Source of the DNA: Anaerohalosphaeraceae bacterium
GTDB taxonomy: Bacteria; Planctomycetota; Phycisphaerae; Sedimentisphaerales; Anaerohalosphaeraceae
Reading direction: 5' to 3'
DNA: 64,000 nucleotides
Assembly: GCA_050309605.1 (NCBI GenBank)
Contig: JBNRMN010000034.1
Coordinates: forward strand, 172,554-236,553
Positions 60,901-64,000 of the stretch are shown in pieces. The notes under the pieces were generated by a model, which did not search any database, was not told the origin of the DNA, and saw only the letters and a list, made by a program, of their open reading frames with translations. Numbering within the stretch: position 1 is the stretch's first letter; the number at the start of each line of letters is the position of its first letter. The position numbers and the translations under genes were made by a program.

Positions 60901-62488
60901 TGGCCGCGCGCACTGTGACGCTATGCGTGCTGTCTTCCGGGCCGGGATCAGCCCAGCTTATCGCGCCGGTTGTTGCGTTGATGCTCATCTGCGGCGGTGC
61001 TGCATCCAGCGACCACTCTGCGGCCGGCACGCCCTTGATGAGAACCGGATTCAAGTTGAACGGCTGGCCGAGAATGATCTGTCTGTCCGTCATAGCAGCA
61101 ATTTGCGGCACGCTGTGCACCCAGACCGAAAACGATGTTGTATCTGAACCAATGGCATTTGTCGCCCGGAGGGTTACCGGATAGGCCGAAAAGGACGGCA
61201 CAGGATTTTCCCACGAAACAACGCCTGCAGCAGTATCTATCGTCATCTGGGCCGGGCCGCTGACCAGCGCCCATTCCACCGGCGGCGACCCTTTAAGCAA
61301 TATCGGTGGCTCCGAGACAAATGGCGTCGATTCAACAGCTATTTGCGTTGACAGCGTTTGAATCTGCGGAAGCGACAAGACCGTCAACTGCCAACTGGCC
61401 TGATCGCTGCCGAGCGGGTTGTCAGCCTGTATCGTGATGGTGTACGGCTCCGATGCGCCGACAGGCTGCGGCCAGCTTACACTGCCCGTCTTCGGATTGA
61501 CGGTCATTCCGACGGCTCCTTCGATAAGCGACCATGTCACACTCACATTGCCCTGCGTCAAGACCGGCACAGGACTGTGATAGCTGCTGTTGTCGGCGAT
61601 ATGATGGTCGGCAATCGGCATAATAACAGGCAATTGTGTTACATAAATTGTAATTGATGCAAAACGAATCTTGTCGGAGTTATCTGTACAGGTTACACTG
61701 ATGGTATGCTCGCCTTCGGTAAGCAAATCGATAGCCAGCGTCTGTGCAGTGCCCAATGTGCCGTCAATATCCGATTTCCATTCAAATTCATACGGTTCAG
61801 TTCCGCCGTCGGCAAACGCTTCAAAATGAATCAATTCGTCCGGTGTAAATCCCGCCCCGTCCGCGGGATGGGTTATGTCCACGGATAAATCTTTTTCCGG
61901 CGGGATGTAATATGCCTCTGCAATCTCATAATAAAAGCTGTTGGCATAGCCGTCGCCGACTAATTTGTGGGCAAATGAATTGGCCAGCAAATCCCAGTTG
62001 ACATCGCTAATCGTGCCGGAATTGACGGTTATGCCGCCTGCTCCGTACCCCGAATAGCTATAATTGATGCTCCAAGTGCGGTTTTCATTAAACAAGATCT
62101 CGGTGTAAATCCAGGTATTGGTGGAAATGACAATGCTTGACGCCCACGAATGGTGGGTTGTCAGATTATAGGCCGCCATCCGACCCCAGGGGTAGCAGCC
62201 ATCCTGCGTCCAGCAATAATTACCCCCGCAATTGACACGCCACTTGTAACGCACGACCGCCCCCTGAAAGTTGTAGGTGTCTTTCGTGCGATAATTGACA
62301 TGACCGCGCCACGCATTACACGTCGCACGCAGATACCCTTCGGCAGTCTGTGTCAGGGTACGGGGGGAAGTGACGGTTCCGTGTTCGGTCCAGTCACTTG
62401 GAGCAAGCGAGATATCGATACGCCCATGGGCCGATAATCCCGCTAAGAAGAGAAACAACCCAAAAATGAACAAGCGACATGTCTTCAT
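54995..62488 (-). CDS. Giant (~2500 aa) secreted adhesin-like protein with tandem putative-Ig repeats and dockerin-like C-terminus
   Basis: Signal peptide MKTCRLFIFGLFLFLAGLSAHG; PKD-like WKSDIDG; seven ~86 aa repeats; tail ADVTMTGTIDIADLAAFAAAWL...DGRVDLADFHVLSEYWM. Confidence 0.9.
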   Translation of the reverse strand: MKTCRLFIFGLFLFLAGLSAHGRIDISLAPSDWTEHGTVTSPRTLTQTAEGYLRATCNAWRGHVNYRTKDTYNFQGAVVRYKWRVNCGGNYCWTQDGCYPWGRMAAYNLTTHHSWASSIVISTNTWIYTEILFNENRTWSINYSYSGYGAGGITVNSGTISDVNWDLLANSFAHKLVGDGYANSFYYEIAEAYYIPPEKDLSVDITHPADGAGFTPDELIHFEAFADGGTEPYEFEWKSDIDGTLGTAQTLAIDLLTEGEHTISVTCTDNSDKIRFASITIYVTQLPVIMPIADHHIADNSSYHSPVPVLTQGNVSVTWSLIEGAVGMTVNPKTGSVSWPQPVGASEPYTITIQADNPLGSDQASWQLTVLSLPQIQTLSTQIAVESTPFVSEPPILLKGSPPVEWALVSGPAQMTIDTAAGVVSWENPVPSFSAYPVTLRATNAIGSDTTSFSVWVHSVPQIAAMTDRQIILGQPFNLNPVLIKGVPAAEWSLDAAPPQMSINATTGAISWADPGPEDSTHSVTVRAANTMGSHTQSFTIRVMLPPVLADLDHQTVHEGQSFSRQISLIQGTGPVVYTVISGPLGMSIDANGQLTLPYANGNYSPYTVTLRAANAVGADQNTFILTVLRAPLIRPIAEALTAEHAPYAAAAPGLFQGSPPVEWSLVAAPAGMTVDPATGAVSWPSATYAGSPHTVTLKAENVVGSHTQSWPITVVQPPVIAAYGDKLAGNATSYIAPLPTLMQGTHVTWSLAEAPAGMTIQAATGQIVWPSPVASDVPHTITLQAQNCAGSDTETFALTIHSKPVLADASDVQMVENRPYAGPAAQLLAGQAPVTFALTQGPTGMTIDAATGAISWPVPTAVGSPHTVQVRASNTYGTDEKTFKAVVPIGYAAETWTDIELAPAGSPIPIVGQAYDLADGTPTANVTVHLHVRLKNTVRVFKPMTDAEGQFAFTFTPVGNEAGLYGISAGHPLAVPQEAQDNFTLVALTASDSVQRPRLTEGEWYETTVSLNNPGDTTLTQIEAVKVGGTETIEMEFEPLAVIAGGATETAALRLRAVDASVRLSVVDVQFVSDQGATASLAYTTRVIPLSIDVKVLPAALEAGMVRGQQQAVSFEVANEGGLATPELSVLIPDAPWLSMATPVVIGVLQPGDIAEVTLLLTPDESLPLGPYQGSLYVHGTGMTRTVPFTFNCVSDRIGRLDVKAVDEFTYYAQGAPLVSDARLTLRDAFSREALFVNEPMPDGRWLLDDIAEGYYILELAAPEHSGYRSTLYAAPGVTTTITAFMSRELVKYTWTVTPTAIQDVYTVTLNTTFETNVPAPVVVVEPANVDLSAMVDGRMQVDFTVTNHGLIAAEDVHLVFDNHPRYRVELLTDFNGQVAPGQTVVIPAMVTDNNLQPMPIMSDVQLLGDDTLMPFGGNCDPVRGGTYYTYVCGPDRKWKKVPIRMANWACDLLNVIRGIVGPGDGGYNPERNYEDDYTPKTQWPGSGGGGGGLAVSFAPSAPRAPRFIGDSPDMPLITLPKIDYGGDIGNTCDPCPQNMIFAIYDCVSGSIPILSDILKVLSFYDGCFSQEMTFWTCLKVYSEELIELVPVVGTAYSWAKCLDGIINACDTNDPVAYQLAAAEFQMLTGIDMPADPSASADLLALLVEQRDRMLAVAEAVNYALGDPIWFEGHPDDQPLQDEFFAAFSAAIEEGGQEGVLVSAAEQTALLTMPLPGHIVPDNVAALCQRWNRTQMYWQMGKFQTTDLEPGDDPDFIATDIAMAKNIAAQEAIAEDMTMGYTHLYEAIEETLKMLKEELEEQAKGVCVQVQMQIQQTATLTRTGFTAQLQMQNTSGIDAIENIAVEVSVVDRNGGDATTLFGIHPPHLTGVSDVAGGGRLDPGKAFDAQWLLVPTLDAASQEAAYYYVGGTIHYTINGGAVSIPIIPDTITVWPDAELHLRYFLEGDVYGDDPFTEQIEPSIPFMLGLMVSNEGYGTAYNMTIHSAQPAIVRQEADKQILLDFELLDAQVDDEPHAPSLRVPLGHIAPDQTKTVVWRMQSSLQGHFVDYEAEFAHTDTLGDPRLSLIQSVSIHELVRAVLADRPDEDRIPDFLTNDLPDADDLPDTLHLSDGTVEPVTALIGSPAWLSEASDSGQVTLTLPQSPTGFYYVRLDNPGWPDYVLTQAVRSDGKVLPGDNVWTTYKRHYPEDRPEYDEALLHLFDDEGSGSYTLYFELPANQPPVVNAIGVVDPTELSSGPLALTVTYRDQTGLDADTLGDGNILVADPEGQPLVVQFVQIIAVNGQDTTVLYHILPPNGLWEGSLNGLYSVALADGQISDTDGLFAEAAVLGGFVVSIHECVSVEFNHAVLVGQRRISRTQYEMDYRVVVHNRCDRPIRNLRLIPQSAPAHLNVLSHDVRFCYIPALGQATSDGLLTVRIDYDNPPDSSDTFTWQSILFRPADVTMTGTIDIADLAAFAAAWLTDDACYDWAPPPHGDGRVDLADFHVLSEYWMNTGP
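59820..61636 (-). repeat. Seven tandem putative Ig (He_PIG/cadherin-like) coding repeats
   Basis: Consensus P.L.QG..PV.WSL..AP.GMTID..TG..SW..P....P.TVT..A.N..GS; boundaries approximate. Confidence 0.85.
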
Positions 62489-62530
62489 AATTACCCTCAC
62501 AGTCTTCGCTTCTATATCAGGAAAAAAACC

Positions 62531-63073
62531 TCAGTCCCGCTGAGATTTTCTTTGACTTATCAGAAATGTACCGACCGCAAATAAAAGCAGGGTCCCCGGT
62601 TCGGGAATATAGGTCGCGTAGCCTATCCTGAGCAAATTGACTTGATCATCATAAATCTCAAAGTACTGATCCGCAACAGGCATCCCCTCCCCCAGCCAGC
62701 CAAACGATATTGAAAAGCCCGCCAGTGATTGTCCGGGAAGTATGCCCTCGGAAAGCGCCTGAATATCATACAGTCCGCGTATAAGAAGTGGGTCGATCAA
62801 TTGAGGATCACAGACATATTGATCCCATTGATTGGAAAGCGGTTCCGGCGTCTCAACCTGAAGGCTGTCATAAAGCCCATAGTCATAATAGACGGTGAAC
62901 CACTCAATCCCCAGCAACTCATCAAGATTGTCAATTTTATATGTCGCCTTCCAGCGGCCAAACCCCAAATCATGGAGTGAATAAGAAACTTGGACGTTTG
63001 CCTCTGCGGGCGGAGTGGAAAAAAGAAATGACAAAATGAGAAATGAAACAAAACTCAATAGACCTTTTTTCAC
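62531..63073 (-). CDS. PEP-CTERM sorting-domain surface protein
   Basis: AGGAGG SD before GTG 63073; signal peptide; C-terminal IPEPGTLLLFAVGTFLIS-QRKSQR. Confidence 0.9.
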   Translation of the reverse strand: MKKGLLSFVSFLILSFLFSTPPAEANVQVSYSLHDLGFGRWKATYKIDNLDELLGIEWFTVYYDYGLYDSLQVETPEPLSNQWDQYVCDPQLIDPLLIRGLYDIQALSEGILPGQSLAGFSISFGWLGEGMPVADQYFEIYDDQVNLLRIGYATYIPEPGTLLLFAVGTFLISQRKSQRD

Positions 63074-63347
63074 CAGAAACCCTCCTAAAAAATTTTCGTC
63101 TTCTCTGCTTCTCATCCCCGCCAAATCCATAATGATAATCAAACAGAATACCATAATGACCGAGTATTGTCAATTATTTTATAAGAAGCTTATTTGGATA
63201 CCGAATCGCTATAAATATGCTGACCACATGGTTCGGCTGTCCCGATCCTGGTTTGATCAACTTCGAAGGATGGAGATTTTCCTTTGTCCATTATATGGAG
63301 ATACAGCAACTACTTTACAAAGCGTTTCAGGGGTGGGTAAAAAAGAA

Positions 63348-63438
63348 CGGAGAGGGCGGGATTCGAACCCGCGGTGCGGGCGATTACCCACACGACGGTT
63401 TAGCAAACCGTTGCCTTAAGCCGCTCGGCCACCTCTCC
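63348..63438 (-). tRNA. tRNA-Ser (GCT), CCA not encoded
   Basis: GGAGAGG acceptor stem, D arm TGGCCGAGCGGCTTAAGGC, anticodon arm ACGGT-TTGCTAA-ACCGT, long variable arm, GGTTCGAATCC. Confidence 0.97.
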
Positions 63439-63942
63439 ACGTTCTTTTCAAAGTGATTTTACAGAAAAACTCCTTCGAGTTTGATTCCCGGACTGCACCC
63501 TTGACTCAAACCGCTGCCAAGGTGCAGCGGCAATCACCATATTTGAAGCCAATTAATGTCTTTTACAGCAACACAACAGGCCCTGTCAAACATCAACAGT
63601 GCAAAAGCCGGAGAACTCGCTTCGGCAAATTTTCGCCTACCTTACACAAAGCCGGCACATATTGCAAGGAAATTAAAGGGAAAATCAGGGCAATTGCATG
63701 AAATAACAAGGTGCAAAAAAACTCAAAATGTCAAAATAGGCAATTTCGCCCCCCGTGCGTAATCACTTACACTCCTGTTTTTAGGATTATTCCTGTATGA
63801 ATATTTACGAAGTGCTGCCGGCCTGGTAAACTTACCACTGGCCGGCATAATCAATGCAAAAGGCAAAATGTAGAAGGCAAAAGTGCGGACAGCCCTTCGG
63901 GCTGGCTGAATAACTTTAATCAGCTGTTGGCCGCACGGACGA

Positions 63943-64000
63943 CCCTCTCGAAAGCTCTCCCCCTTGAAAAGGGGGAGTACCCCAAAGGGGGGAGGGGGGG
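63943..64000. repeat. REP-like palindromic C-run/G-run element, truncated at window end
   Basis: CTCCCCCTT-GAA-AAGGGGGAG hairpin followed by CCCC-AAA-GGGG. Confidence 0.5.

Noticed and set aside
63015..63762. Short ORFs around the tRNA
   Set aside because: They overlap the tRNA or its AT-rich promoter region and lack protein-like features.

Overview
Bacterial chromosome segment, most likely from a planctomycete of class Phycisphaerae. This is inferred from the prepilin/H-X9-DG protein, the C-terminal dockerin-like 'VDLADFxxLxxxWL' tails and the PEP-CTERM/exosortase genes. 1-22.7 kb is housekeeping: the end of the F1Fo ATP synthase operon (atpHAGDC), purH, an ArnT-like/LAB_N fusion with a GT2, comF, queF/queC, a degenerate PfkB, a pentapeptide/ion-channel gene broken by one in-frame TGA, TPR, response regulator, histidine kinase and two CNNM genes. 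22.7-25.6 kb (minus) is a cobalamin-riboswitch-controlled three-gene operon of surface proteins (PEP-CTERM, a putative B12-binding protein with a dockerin-like tail, a pilin-like protein) with no transporter gene. 25.7-50.4 kb (minus) is a large, compositionally mosaic exopolysaccharide/exosortase locus. In it the exosortase and the priming sugar transferase both carry degenerate nucleotidyltransferase plus beta-helix N-terminal modules. It also contains a direct-repeat-flanked inserted gene, a ~170 bp element present in three versions, a heptamer tract inside a glycosyltransferase, and an upstream field of different 7-nt-period arrays. 51-63 kb holds large secreted proteins and a second PEP-CTERM gene, followed by tRNA-Ser(GCT). 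All family calls come from motif recognition by eye; no searches were run.
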